Source of the DNA: Alphaproteobacteria bacterium
GTDB taxonomy: Bacteria > Pseudomonadota > Alphaproteobacteria > UBA6615
Assembly: GCA_965261975.1 (NCBI GenBank)
Contig: CBDHEC010000028.1
Span: 1-22,247, forward strand
Direction of reading: 5' to 3'
Length of the DNA stretch: 22,247 nucleotides
Shown piece after piece: positions 7,800 to 16,665 of the stretch (positions are counted from its first letter, which is position 1; each line of letters opens with the position of its first letter). A program made the position numbers and the translations under genes. The notes under the pieces are model-generated. The model saw only the letters and a list, made by a program, of their open reading frames with translations. It was not told the origin of the DNA and did not search any database.

Positions 7800-8957
7800 T
7801 CAGGCAGGTGCGGCCAGCGCCTGCTCGAGGTCGGCGATCAGATCGTCGGCATCCTCGATGCCGATCGACAGGCGCAGCAGATCGTCGGGAATCGGGCTTT
7901 CGTCGCCCTCCACGGTCGCACGATGTTCGATCAAGCTCTCGACGCCACCCAGCGACGTGGCGCGCACGAAGAGCTTCACGCGCCGCGCGACATTCAGTGC
8001 CGCGTCGGCACCACCCTTCACACGTATGGACATCATCCCGCCAAAGCCGCCATCCATCTGGCGGGTTGCCACTTCATGACCGGGATGGGTCGGCAATCCC
8101 GGATACAAGACTTCGATTATCCCCGCATGCTGCGAGAAATGTTCCGCGATCCGTTGTGCTGAGGCGGCGGCGCGCTCAACCCGCAGATACAATGTCCGCA
8201 GGCCGCGCATGAGCAGCCAGGCCTCGAACGGGCCGAGCATGCCGCCATTCTCGAAACGCAGATAATTCATCCGTTCCCAGTGCTCATCCTCGCGCGCCGT
8301 GACCAGCACGCCCGCCAGCACATCGCCATGGCCGTTCAGATATTTGGTACCCGAATGCATGACGATATCCGCGCCGTGGGTCAGAGGGCGTGACAGCACC
8401 GGCGTCGCGACGGTTGAATCGACCGCCAGCCTGGCCCCGGCGTCATGGGCAATGCGTGCGGCCTCCTCGATGTCGGTGACATCCCAGGTCGGGTTACACG
8501 GCGTTTCGACCCAGACGAGCTTGGTCTTGCCCGGGCGGATCGCCGCAGCGATCGCGGCGGTGTCGCCCGGCGTCACGAAATCGACGTCCAGCCCCCAGTG
8601 TCGACCGACATGCACCAGCCAGTTCCGCAATCCGAAGTACATGATCGATGGGGCGATCACATGATCCCCCGGCGACATGGACAGCATCACCGTCGTGGCC
8701 GCGGCCATGCCGGAGCCGAAGACCATGGCGTCCGCCCCCTCTTCCAGGGCGGCAAGCAACGCCTCGACCTGTTCATAGGTGGGGTTCTCGTCGCGGGTAT
8801 ATCCGCGATCGCCGACCTTGTCGTAATTCTCGTCCCGGGCATAGTTGGTGGACGTGTGGATCGGAGGCGCCACGCCATTCGTCGACGGGTCGAGCCAGCC
8901 GAGCGCCTGCGCGGCCAGGGTGGACGGTTTCCGGGATTTATCGTCGTTTTTTGCCAT
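7800..8957 (-). CDS. PLP-dependent transsulfuration enzyme (cystathionine gamma-synthase/lyase family)
   Basis: YTRDENPT, FGSGMAA, VWVETPCNPT, HSGTKYLNGHGD (PLP lysine), RGLRTLYLR, ATSLGGVESLIEH, LLRLSIGIED. Confidence 0.93.
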   Translation of the reverse strand: MAKNDDKSRKPSTLAAQALGWLDPSTNGVAPPIHTSTNYARDENYDKVGDRGYTRDENPTYEQVEALLAALEEGADAMVFGSGMAAATTVMLSMSPGDHVIAPSIMYFGLRNWLVHVGRHWGLDVDFVTPGDTAAIAAAIRPGKTKLVWVETPCNPTWDVTDIEEAARIAHDAGARLAVDSTVATPVLSRPLTHGADIVMHSGTKYLNGHGDVLAGVLVTAREDEHWERMNYLRFENGGMLGPFEAWLLMRGLRTLYLRVERAAASAQRIAEHFSQHAGIIEVLYPGLPTHPGHEVATRQMDGGFGGMMSIRVKGGADAALNVARRVKLFVRATSLGGVESLIEHRATVEGDESPIPDDLLRLSIGIEDADDLIADLEQALAAPA

Positions 8958-9027
8958 GGGGGCCGGGTTTTACGCCAATCCCCCGTGTTTTGAAACAATC
9001 ATCCGAACTTGAACGTGGAATAAGACC

Positions 9028-10119
9028 TTAGAGAGCCTCGACGCCAAGTTCGTCCGCGACCTTCTTGAGGTTCTCGAGCAGCGGCGCGGTAATCGGAATG
9101 CCGTTGGCCACCCGATCCTGATAGATCCGCCAGCTGTTGGTGCCGGGCATGCGGATTTCCGACACGCCGGGCAGCTTTGCAGACCCGGTCATCTCGCGCG
9201 AGATGCGGTCGACATTGCCCTTGAATACGCCCGCGTCCAGGAAATGGCCGACATCGATCGCCATGATGAACTGGCCCGTGTTGGTGACGCTGTGGGGGTC
9301 CTCTCCGATATGCACGACGTCCGACCCGAATGCCGCGCCGTTCAACGTGCCGGCCAGGAAACCGATCACCATCGACAAACCGAAACCCTTGGCGCCGCCG
9401 ATATGGGTCAGGATGCCGTCATCGGCCTTCGCCGAATCCGTCATCGCCTCGCCCAGCGCGTCGATCACCCAGCCTTCGGGCATCGGCTCGCCATGCATCG
9501 CCTTGACCATGATCTTGCCCAGCGACGAATTCGTCGTCGCCATGTCGATAACGACCGGCGGTTCCTCCTGCGCCGGGATCGCGACGGCGATCGGGTTCGT
9601 GCCCACCAGGATATCGGTCCCGCCATAGGGGGCGGCGTGATTTGCGCTACCGACGCAGGCGATGAGACCGATCTGGTCACGCTCCAGCGCCATCGAGGCA
9701 TATACGGCTGCGGCACCGGCATGGTTGGAATTCTGCAGGCCAATCCACGCAATGCCGCTCTTGGCGGCCATGTCCATCGCCAGTTCCATCGAATAGCGGG
9801 CCACAAGATGGCCCATGCCATTGTCGCCGTTGACCAGCGCCATCGCCGGAGTCTGTTTGACGGTTCGGATATCCGGCGTGAGGTTGATGGCGCCGCCCTT
9901 GATGCGTTTGACGTACAGCGGGACACGAATGCAGCCATGACTGTCCTTGCCGAGGAGATCTCCGTCTGCCATCGCCGTGGCAACGCCTTCGGCATCCGCG
10001 TCCGGCAGGCCGACCGCCTGGAACACCGACGTCATGTAGGACTTCAGGCGATCATACGTGACGCGGACGGCGTTCTCGTCGACGGGAAACTCGGGTGAAA
10101 TCTCGTAGCCATCGGCCAT
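9028..10119 (-). CDS. Ldh_2 family oxidoreductase (malate/L-lactate/L-sulfolactate dehydrogenase type)
   Basis: DLLGKDSHG, VNGDNGMGH, NSNHAGAA, GTNPIAVAIP, IDMATT, GGAKGFGL, IRMPG; AAGGAG RBS. Confidence 0.92.
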   Translation of the reverse strand: MADGYEISPEFPVDENAVRVTYDRLKSYMTSVFQAVGLPDADAEGVATAMADGDLLGKDSHGCIRVPLYVKRIKGGAINLTPDIRTVKQTPAMALVNGDNGMGHLVARYSMELAMDMAAKSGIAWIGLQNSNHAGAAAVYASMALERDQIGLIACVGSANHAAPYGGTDILVGTNPIAVAIPAQEEPPVVIDMATTNSSLGKIMVKAMHGEPMPEGWVIDALGEAMTDSAKADDGILTHIGGAKGFGLSMVIGFLAGTLNGAAFGSDVVHIGEDPHSVTNTGQFIMAIDVGHFLDAGVFKGNVDRISREMTGSAKLPGVSEIRMPGTNSWRIYQDRVANGIPITAPLLENLKKVADELGVEAL

Positions 10120-10214
10120 GGTCGATCTCCTTGGTTTGATACTTGCTGTTACGTTGACGACGACGCGCTAGCATAACGCAAGCTGACAACCCGCCGAATC
10201 ATGGATACCACGCA

Positions 10215-10811
10215 ATGAACGCATACCTGTTCGCCACTGTCGAGTTGCACGACGCAGAGGGCTACGAGGCATATAAAGCAACCGCACCCGCGCTAATCGA
10301 AAAACATGGCGGACGCTATATCGTGCGCGGCGGCGACAATGAAGTTGTCGAAGGCACCTGGCCTGCAGGGCGGGTCGTCGTCCTGGAGTTTCCCGATCTA
10401 GCCAGCGCTAACGCTTTCGTCGACGACCCGGACTATGCGCCGATCGCCGCGATCCGTCATGCCACCGCCACGTCCCATATCTGGATTGTCGAGGGCCCCG
10501 AGGGCGGTGCCAACGCCGACGGCAAGCACGCCTACATCCTCGGGAACATCCGGATGACCGATCCAGACGGCTACAAGCCTTATGCCGACCAGGTGCCGGC
10601 TGTTATGGAAGCCGCACAGGGCGTGTATCTCGCACGTGGCGGCGCGTCGCGATCCGTCGAAGGCGGGATGGAACTCGACCGGCTCGTGATCGTCGCGTTC
10701 GAAGACATGGCGGCTGCCCGTGCGTTCTACGACGGCGACGCTTACAGCGCGATCAAGCCCATCCGCATCGCCGCGTCGGATTCGAACATCGTGATCGTCG
10801 AAGGACTCTAG
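10215..10811 (+). CDS. Tandem DUF1330 domain protein
   Basis: Two roughly 95-aa repeats: GGRYIVRGG..VEG..RVVVLEFPD..A..F..PDY..I..IR and QGVYLARGG..VEG..RLVIVAFED..A..FYDGDAY..IK.IR. Confidence 0.85.
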   Translation: MNAYLFATVELHDAEGYEAYKATAPALIEKHGGRYIVRGGDNEVVEGTWPAGRVVVLEFPDLASANAFVDDPDYAPIAAIRHATATSHIWIVEGPEGGANADGKHAYILGNIRMTDPDGYKPYADQVPAVMEAAQGVYLARGGASRSVEGGMELDRLVIVAFEDMAAARAFYDGDAYSAIKPIRIAASDSNIVIVEGL

Positions 10812-10819
10812 CGGACCGC

Positions 10820-11524
10820 CTACCAGGGACTGGGCGGCTTGTGCCAGAGCGGGACACGCGGGTTGCGCATAATCACCACCAGCACCGCGCCGGCGATAAA
10901 CCCGCCGATATGGGCCCATACCGCCGTGCCCAAAGCCGCCGGGGCGTCGGTCAGGCCCCAGAGCAGATCCTGCGCAAAGAAAGTGCCGATCACCAGCAAC
11001 GCCGGCAGGCGGATCGGGATCATCAGGAACGCCAGCACCAGCAGCCGCGCGCGCGGGTACAGTAACAGATAGCCGCCGAGCACGCCGGAGATCGCGCCGC
11101 TGGCACCGATGACCGGGGTGACGGAATCCGGCTCCACGATGCTTTGCGCCAAGCCGCCGGCGACACCACACATCAGGAAAAAAGCGACAAACCGCACATG
11201 CCCCAGCGCATCCTCGACATTGTCGCCGAACACCCAGAGAAACAGCATGTTGAACGCGAGGTGCGCCCAGTCGGCGTGCAGAAACTGATAGGTCACGAGG
11301 GTCAGCGGGGACGAGACCCCCGCGACACCGGCCGGCACATCCAGTCCATCGAAAAACCGCGCCGGGATCACGGCGTAGCCCGCCACCGCATCGAACCGCT
11401 GTCCGTCACCGACCCCCAGCTGGCTGACGAATATCAATGCGTTGATGACGATCAGGGCGATCGTGACGTAATGCGCCCGGATATAGAGACGCGGGTTGGC
11501 ATCATGCAGGGGGATTAGCGGCAT
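10820..11524 (-). CDS. Rhomboid family intramembrane serine protease
   Basis: MPLIPLHDANP start, TYQFLHADWAHLAFNMLFLWVFGDNVED, IGASGAISG (catalytic Ser), WAHIGGF (catalytic His). Confidence 0.93.
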   Translation of the reverse strand: MPLIPLHDANPRLYIRAHYVTIALIVINALIFVSQLGVGDGQRFDAVAGYAVIPARFFDGLDVPAGVAGVSSPLTLVTYQFLHADWAHLAFNMLFLWVFGDNVEDALGHVRFVAFFLMCGVAGGLAQSIVEPDSVTPVIGASGAISGVLGGYLLLYPRARLLVLAFLMIPIRLPALLVIGTFFAQDLLWGLTDAPAALGTAVWAHIGGFIAGAVLVVIMRNPRVPLWHKPPSPW

Positions 11525-11546
11525 AGCATTCGCCGCATCAGCTCCA

Positions 11547-12167
11547 TCAACCGGCAGAAGACCGGCTGAACAACCAGACACCCTCACTGTCGACCCCATA
11601 AAGGGGCTGCATGTCCATGTCTTCGGCGGGAATCACATCGGGCAATAGATTATCCATCGCCCAGAACGTGCCGTCGCTCTGTTCCGCCACGAGGACCGCG
11701 TGCGGTTCCGATTTGCCCCCACGACGGAGCAACCCGATGACAAGATGATTTCGGCTTTCGGGCCATCCGTGAAACGCCAGGGTCGTGGCCTTGGCCAGCG
11801 CGTAATCCTCGCAATCCCCACCGATGATGAGGGTGTCGCTAATGCCCGCCCAGAAATCGCTGGTCCCATGGACCGCGTAGTCTGTCCGGTAGCGCACTTG
11901 CTCGTTGATCAGCTTGTTGACCCCTGCAAGCAAGGTCGATTCCGGCTTGTTGGGAATCTTGCCGCTCCACTCGCGCCAGCGGGCGATATGGTTCTCGCGC
12001 GATTTCAGCAAATAATCATGCTGGGCCTCGACATGTTCACGCCACACCTTGAGCCGCCCCTCGATCTTCGCGGCGTGTGAATGAACCGGATGTTCAAACT
12101 TTCCGATGGCCGGAGTCGCAACGAACCCCAGCGCACCGGCGAGTAGAAATTGGCGTCGTGTCGGCAT
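11547..12167 (-). CDS. Transglutaminase-like cysteine peptidase (BTLCP/C93, LapG-like) with twin-arginine signal
   Basis: GAGGAGG RBS before ATG 12167; N-terminus MPTRRQFLLAGALG; VNKLIN..Y.TD..GTSDFWA; GDCEDYALAK (Cys), HAVL (His), MDN (Asp). Confidence 0.88.
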   Translation of the reverse strand: MPTRRQFLLAGALGFVATPAIGKFEHPVHSHAAKIEGRLKVWREHVEAQHDYLLKSRENHIARWREWSGKIPNKPESTLLAGVNKLINEQVRYRTDYAVHGTSDFWAGISDTLIIGGDCEDYALAKATTLAFHGWPESRNHLVIGLLRRGGKSEPHAVLVAEQSDGTFWAMDNLLPDVIPAEDMDMQPLYGVDSEGVWLFSRSSAG

Positions 12168-12192
12168 TTCAATCCTCCTCTGCTGTCCCGGC

Positions 12193-12897
12193 CTAGCGTC
12201 GCTTGAACTGCTCGGCACCGAACATCACGTCCCACGCCTTGCCCTTCGGAGGGCTGGAGCTGCGGTGCTCGATGAGGACCTCGAGGCCAGACTTCACCGC
12301 CGGGCGCGCGCCGACCTCCTCGAGCCAGCGCTTGGTGTTCGGATACTCGTCGAGCGGCACTTCCTGGCCCTTCCAGTTACGCATCCACGGGAAGGCCGCG
12401 ATGTCGGCGATCGTGTAATCGTCGCCGGCCAGATAGCGCGTCTTGCCAAGGCGCGTGTCGGCGACGCCGAACAGGCGCTTCGTCTCGTTGGCATAGCGGT
12501 TGGTCGCATACTCGATCCGGTCGGGCGCGTAGCGGCGGAAATGGTTCGCCTGGCCCATCATCGGGCCAATACCGCCCATCTGCCACATGAGCCATTCCAT
12601 CACCGCGTAATGCCCCGCCGGGTCAGCTGCCAGGTCCGGCATGAACCGGCCCGTTTTCTGAGCCAGGTAATACAGGATCGCGCCGGTCTCGAAGATGGAG
12701 ATTTCCTCGCCGCCGGGACCGTCGGTATCGATGATCGCGGGGATCCGGTTGTTCGGACTGATGGCCAGAAACTCTGGTTTGAACTGGTCGCCGTCGCCGA
12801 TATTCACCGGGATGACCTCGTGGTCGAGAGCACATTCGTGCAACATGATGTGGACCTTGTGCCCGTTCGGGGTCGGCCAGGAATATGCGCGAATCAT
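12193..12897 (-). CDS. Glutathione S-transferase, YfcG/Nu-class type
   Basis: CAGGAG RBS; YSWPTPNGHKV, FLAISPNNRIPAI, IFETGAILYYLAQKTG, EWLMWQMGGIGPMMGQ, YTIADIA, RPAV. Confidence 0.93.
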   Translation of the reverse strand: MIRAYSWPTPNGHKVHIMLHECALDHEVIPVNIGDGDQFKPEFLAISPNNRIPAIIDTDGPGGEEISIFETGAILYYLAQKTGRFMPDLAADPAGHYAVMEWLMWQMGGIGPMMGQANHFRRYAPDRIEYATNRYANETKRLFGVADTRLGKTRYLAGDDYTIADIAAFPWMRNWKGQEVPLDEYPNTKRWLEEVGARPAVKSGLEVLIEHRSSSPPKGKAWDVMFGAEQFKRR

Positions 12898-12916
12898 ATT
12901 CGTCTCCTGCAGTTCT

Positions 12917-14005
12917 TCAGTCGAACACGGCCACGCCGCGTTGCACGGCCGGGCGGGCCTCAATCTCGCCGAGCCAGCGTTTCACATTGTCCAGCCCGTC
13001 GAGACTCTGCCCCTGACGCTCATGGGTACGCAACCATCCGAAGGTCGCGATATCGGCAATCGAATACTCGTCGCCGGCGAGGAACTTCGTTTCGCCGAGG
13101 CGTCGGTCCGCCACGTTGAACAGACGGTCCATTTCTTCCGCGTAACGCTTCAGCGCGTAGGGGACCTTCTCCTTGGCGAACATATGGAAGTGGCCGTTCT
13201 GGCCAAGCATGGGGCCAACCCCGCCCATCTGCCACATCAGCCATTCCAGCACCGCCAGTCGGCCGCGTGAATCGCTCGTCCCATCGGGCAGGAACCGGCC
13301 GGTTTTCTCCGCCAGGTAGATCAGGAGCGCATGCAAACGGTCGGACATCGCTCCGTAGGCTGCCCCGGGACCGTAAACCATGAGGTCGTCGAACGGTCGC
13401 AGCACAAACTCAGGATCCGGCAAACTCTCGTAGCTCCCGTCGATGCGACGGATGCCCAGCACCCGAATGCCGGGGCCGAGAATTTCCGCCAGCCGCACGC
13501 CGTCATTCTTGAACTCTGTCCTGACGCGCATCTCGGAAACGTTGTGCCCCGCCGGCATCTGCAACAGCAGATGCGGAGCGTCACCCGAAAAGGCAGAGTG
13601 GCGGCTCAGCAACCAGCTGACCCCGGCGCACATCATCCGGTCGGCAAGCGGGTTGAGCGCGACGACCCAGAGCAGCACGAGCATACCCAAGATCCAGCCC
13701 AATTGTTCGACCATGCTCTTGTCGGTTTCGACCGTGTCGACAAGCGACACAATGACCGTCGCAAGGACGGTGACCAGACCAAGATTTCCGATCAGCATCA
13801 GCAAGCTCATGATCCGGCGACGCAACGGATGGTTCACCACCGTTTCCGATTCCGACGTCGTAAAACCCGCCCCCGTGAAAGCCGAGCGGGCCTGGAACCG
13901 GGCGACATCCTCCGGCAATCCGGTCAACCGGAGCGCCATCGCGGCAAAACGAATGAACATCACCGAAATCGTCAGAACTGCAAAAAGCGTTATCGCGGCG
14001 ACCAT
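12917..14005 (-). CDS. Fusion: membrane/pore-like + TrkA-C (RCK_C) protein joined in frame to a YfcG-type GST C-terminal domain
   Basis: Residues about 1-220: hydrophobic helices, ARFQARSAFTGAGFTTSESETVVNHPLRRRIMSLLM, and TrkA-C-like IRVLGIRR..P.P...L...DDLMVYG. Residues about 225-362: ALLIYLAEKTGRF..EWLMWQMGGVGPMLGQ..YSIADIA..RPAVQRG. There is no GST N-terminal TPNG/PNxRIP domain. GGGAGGGG RBS. Confidence 0.8.
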   Translation of the reverse strand: MVAAITLFAVLTISVMFIRFAAMALRLTGLPEDVARFQARSAFTGAGFTTSESETVVNHPLRRRIMSLLMLIGNLGLVTVLATVIVSLVDTVETDKSMVEQLGWILGMLVLLWVVALNPLADRMMCAGVSWLLSRHSAFSGDAPHLLLQMPAGHNVSEMRVRTEFKNDGVRLAEILGPGIRVLGIRRIDGSYESLPDPEFVLRPFDDLMVYGPGAAYGAMSDRLHALLIYLAEKTGRFLPDGTSDSRGRLAVLEWLMWQMGGVGPMLGQNGHFHMFAKEKVPYALKRYAEEMDRLFNVADRRLGETKFLAGDEYSIADIATFGWLRTHERQGQSLDGLDNVKRWLGEIEARPAVQRGVAVFD

Positions 14006-14095
14006 GGCGCCCCTCCCACGTTACAGGTGCGAACACGGCCAGTTTAATTCATGCGCAGCGCGTCGGCCGGTAACATTTCGGGGTCCACGATCAAC

Positions 14096-14452
14096 CTACC
14101 CGTCGGTGACGGGCGCCATATGGACCGCCAACCATACGGTCGGCCCCTCGGAATCTGTCCATTCGACGCGATGCCGGCAATGCGCGGGCAAAAACGCATA
14201 GCCGCCCGGCGCGAGCGTTCGGACATCGCTTTCACCCTCGATCCGCAATCCGGCCTGCCCCGCCACGACGACGACCCATTCATCATCGTCCTGGTCGAAC
14301 CACTCACCGGCTGGTGTAGCCTGACCGTCGGAGACGATCCGCACGATCCGAAGCCCCGAGCGTTCCAGCAGAGTGTCGAATTGTTCCTCCCGGGACGCAT
14401 CGGGCAAGGCGTCCAGCAGATCGCCGAAATTCGGTTTCGGTTCTTCTGCCAC
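14096..14452 (-). CDS. Cupin domain protein
   Basis: GTG start 4 nt after the upstream stop; RIVRIVSDGQATPAGEWFDQDDDEWVVVVAG..LAPGGYAFLPAHCRHRVEWT..TVWLAVH. Confidence 0.85.
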   Translation of the reverse strand: MAEEPKPNFGDLLDALPDASREEQFDTLLERSGLRIVRIVSDGQATPAGEWFDQDDDEWVVVVAGQAGLRIEGESDVRTLAPGGYAFLPAHCRHRVEWTDSEGPTVWLAVHMAPVTDG

Positions 14453-14456
14453 GGGC

Positions 14457-15455
14457 CTAGCGGACCACGACCTCGTCGCCGCTCTCGGCCGAGCGGACAA
14501 TCGCCTGCAGGATTTCGACATTGTGCAGCAGATGGTCGCGCGTGAAGCGGTACGTCCCCTTGCCCTGGGCCGCATCGGCCCACTGGTCGAGGTTTGCCCG
14601 GACCACATTCTGGGTCTGGTGGGTCTGGACCGTGAGCTCCTCATCGAGCCAGCGGGTGGTAAGCGTGGCGGGTTCGGGGATGTCCACGTTCGAGTTCTCC
14701 CGCGCCTCGCCCCAGCCCTTGTCGCCGAACACCTTGATGGCACTGTGAAACGGCGTCGTGGCGATGTTGCACATATAGCCTGTCACGCCGCTCTCGAAGG
14801 TAAACTGGACCGCGACCATGTCGTTCCCCGGGAAAAGCGGCGAACGGTCGGCCGTCGTCGCGCGCAACCTGGCGACCGGCCCGGCCATCGACTGGAAATA
14901 ATCGGTGATGTGCACGCCCAGCGCCGTCAGCGTGCCCAGTGGGGCCTGCTTCGCATCCTTTCGCCACCCCGAGGCCACAGCCTTGGTGAAGTTATTGTGG
15001 GACCAGTTGCACTCGATATGGATGAGCGTACCGAAGTCGCCCGCATCCAGATGGTCCTTCATGGCCTCGAGCGCGGGCTCAAACCGGCGCTCGTGACCGA
15101 TGCCGATGGCCTTCAGGCCGGCCTTGTCACAGGCCTCGAGCATCCGCTCGGCCGATTCCGCCGATAGCGAGAAAGGTTTCTCGCAGAAAATCTGCTTGCC
15201 GGCCGACGCCGCTGCCAGCACCTGCTCTTCATGCAGCGCGTGCGGCGTGACCAGGATCACCGCGTCGACCGCGTCGTCGGCGAGGACGTCCTCGTAGCTG
15301 TCGCCGACCGTGAGCCCGTGCAGCGCCGCGAAATCACGAACCCCGTCGAGGTTCACATCGACCCCGCGGGTCACGGTGATCTTCTCGCTATCGGCGAGGC
15401 TGGTGACGATCTGCTTGCCCCACCAGCCCAGCCCGACCACGGCCGCATTCAACAT
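14457..15455 (-). CDS. Gfo/Idh/MocA family oxidoreductase
   Basis: VVGLGWWG Rossmann motif, DAVILVTPHALH, GKQIFCEKPF, IGHERRF, LGVHITD. Confidence 0.92.
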   Translation of the reverse strand: MLNAAVVGLGWWGKQIVTSLADSEKITVTRGVDVNLDGVRDFAALHGLTVGDSYEDVLADDAVDAVILVTPHALHEEQVLAAASAGKQIFCEKPFSLSAESAERMLEACDKAGLKAIGIGHERRFEPALEAMKDHLDAGDFGTLIHIECNWSHNNFTKAVASGWRKDAKQAPLGTLTALGVHITDYFQSMAGPVARLRATTADRSPLFPGNDMVAVQFTFESGVTGYMCNIATTPFHSAIKVFGDKGWGEARENSNVDIPEPATLTTRWLDEELTVQTHQTQNVVRANLDQWADAAQGKGTYRFTRDHLLHNVEILQAIVRSAESGDEVVVR

Positions 15456-15549
15456 CACACTTCCCCCCCGACATCGCTCGTTGTTCTTCGGCAAGATTGA
15501 AGCAGGGTTGGGGACGCGACACCAGCCGCGTCACATGTGCACCCGGCTT

Positions 15550-16083
15550 TCAGTCGGCGTCGCGATACTCGCCGTCAATCAACAGCTTGTGCTGGACCGG
15601 GATCGGGTCGGCCAGCGTTGCCTCGACGAAGCAGCCCTTCTGGGCCGCGTCGAGCAAACGCTTCTGATCTTCGAAGGGCGCGTCGCTGTCGAGATCGATA
15701 TCAAGCCGGAAGGCCACCGGGCGACTGGTATAGGGATCGCGACCCTCGACCCGAGCCTCCCATTCGATATGCGCCTTCACGCCGACGTCGCCGATCTCGA
15801 CCCGCAGGCGTTTGGCGAAGGCGCGGATCTGGGTCATCAGGCAGGCCACGAAGCCGGTGCAGAAATAGGCCAGCGGCGGCGGTGCCGTCATATCGCCGCC
15901 ATGGGCGGCGCCCTCATCCGTCGCCATCTCGAAGACCTCATCAACCACGGGGCTGACCATCTGCCCCTTGATCTCGTTGCGCATCTTGCCGACGGCCTTG
16001 CCCTCGACGTTGAAAACAACATTGAAGGTTTTGACCTTGCCGTCATCGGCCATGGTTTCGGTTTTCTTCAGTTCTTCAGCCAT
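15550..16083 (-). CDS. OsmC/Ohr family protein
   Basis: DEGAAHGGDMTAPPPLAYFCTGFVACLMTQ and AAQKGCFVEATL (the two family cysteines); AAGGAG RBS. Confidence 0.85.
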   Translation of the reverse strand: MAEELKKTETMADDGKVKTFNVVFNVEGKAVGKMRNEIKGQMVSPVVDEVFEMATDEGAAHGGDMTAPPPLAYFCTGFVACLMTQIRAFAKRLRVEIGDVGVKAHIEWEARVEGRDPYTSRPVAFRLDIDLDSDAPFEDQKRLLDAAQKGCFVEATLADPIPVQHKLLIDGEYRDAD

Positions 16084-16105
16084 GAAATTCTCCTTATTGG
16101 CAGGC

Positions 16106-16624
16106 CTAGTCGGCGTCGCGTCCTTCGTTCGGCCAGTTGCCGAACGTCTGTTCGTATGAATGGGAAAAGATCTCGATCACGTTCCCAAACGGGTCCTCGC
16201 AGTAACAGAGCTTGCGGTCGGTCACGGGAATGAACGCCCAGACATCGGTGCGTTGCTTGCCACCCTCGGCAACGATCTTCGCCACGAGCCCCTCGATATC
16301 GGGATCCGTGAAGCAGATATGCCAGTAGCCGTGCTTCCAGTATTCGAGATTGTCGTCCGGCGCTTCGGTTTCGGGATCGGTGAACTGGAACAGTTCAAGT
16401 CCGATGCCGTTGCCAGTGACCAGATGTGCCTGGAGCGCTGCGCGAAACCGCGGCCCGAGAATATGTCCCGATTCCGCCGTGTCCGACAGCTTCGCCTCAA
16501 GGCGACGTGGGCCCATGATCCGGCGGAAACCGAATACCCGCCCATACCAGTCGATTGCGGCGTGAATGTCGGGCACGGTGAGCCCGATGTGGTTGAGCGC
16601 CCGCGGGGTCGCCAGGTCCGTCAT
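16106..16624 (-). CDS. VOC (glyoxalase/bleomycin resistance) family protein
   Basis: LNHIGLTVPDIHAAIDWY, GIGLELFQF, GYWHICFTDPDI, YCEDPFGNVIEI: metal ligands H/E/H/E present. Confidence 0.9.
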   Translation of the reverse strand: MTDLATPRALNHIGLTVPDIHAAIDWYGRVFGFRRIMGPRRLEAKLSDTAESGHILGPRFRAALQAHLVTGNGIGLELFQFTDPETEAPDDNLEYWKHGYWHICFTDPDIEGLVAKIVAEGGKQRTDVWAFIPVTDRKLCYCEDPFGNVIEIFSHSYEQTFGNWPNEGRDAD

Positions 16625-16665
16625 GTTTGCATCTCCCGGAAAACAAAATCGTTTAAGAACCTCCG

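Noticed and set aside
13330-14095. A displaced or frameshifted GST N-terminal domain upstream of the GST_C half
   Set aside because: No TPNG/PNxRIP/FESG-like peptide is visible in the supplied ORF translations of this region, so a simple frameshifted GST is not supported.
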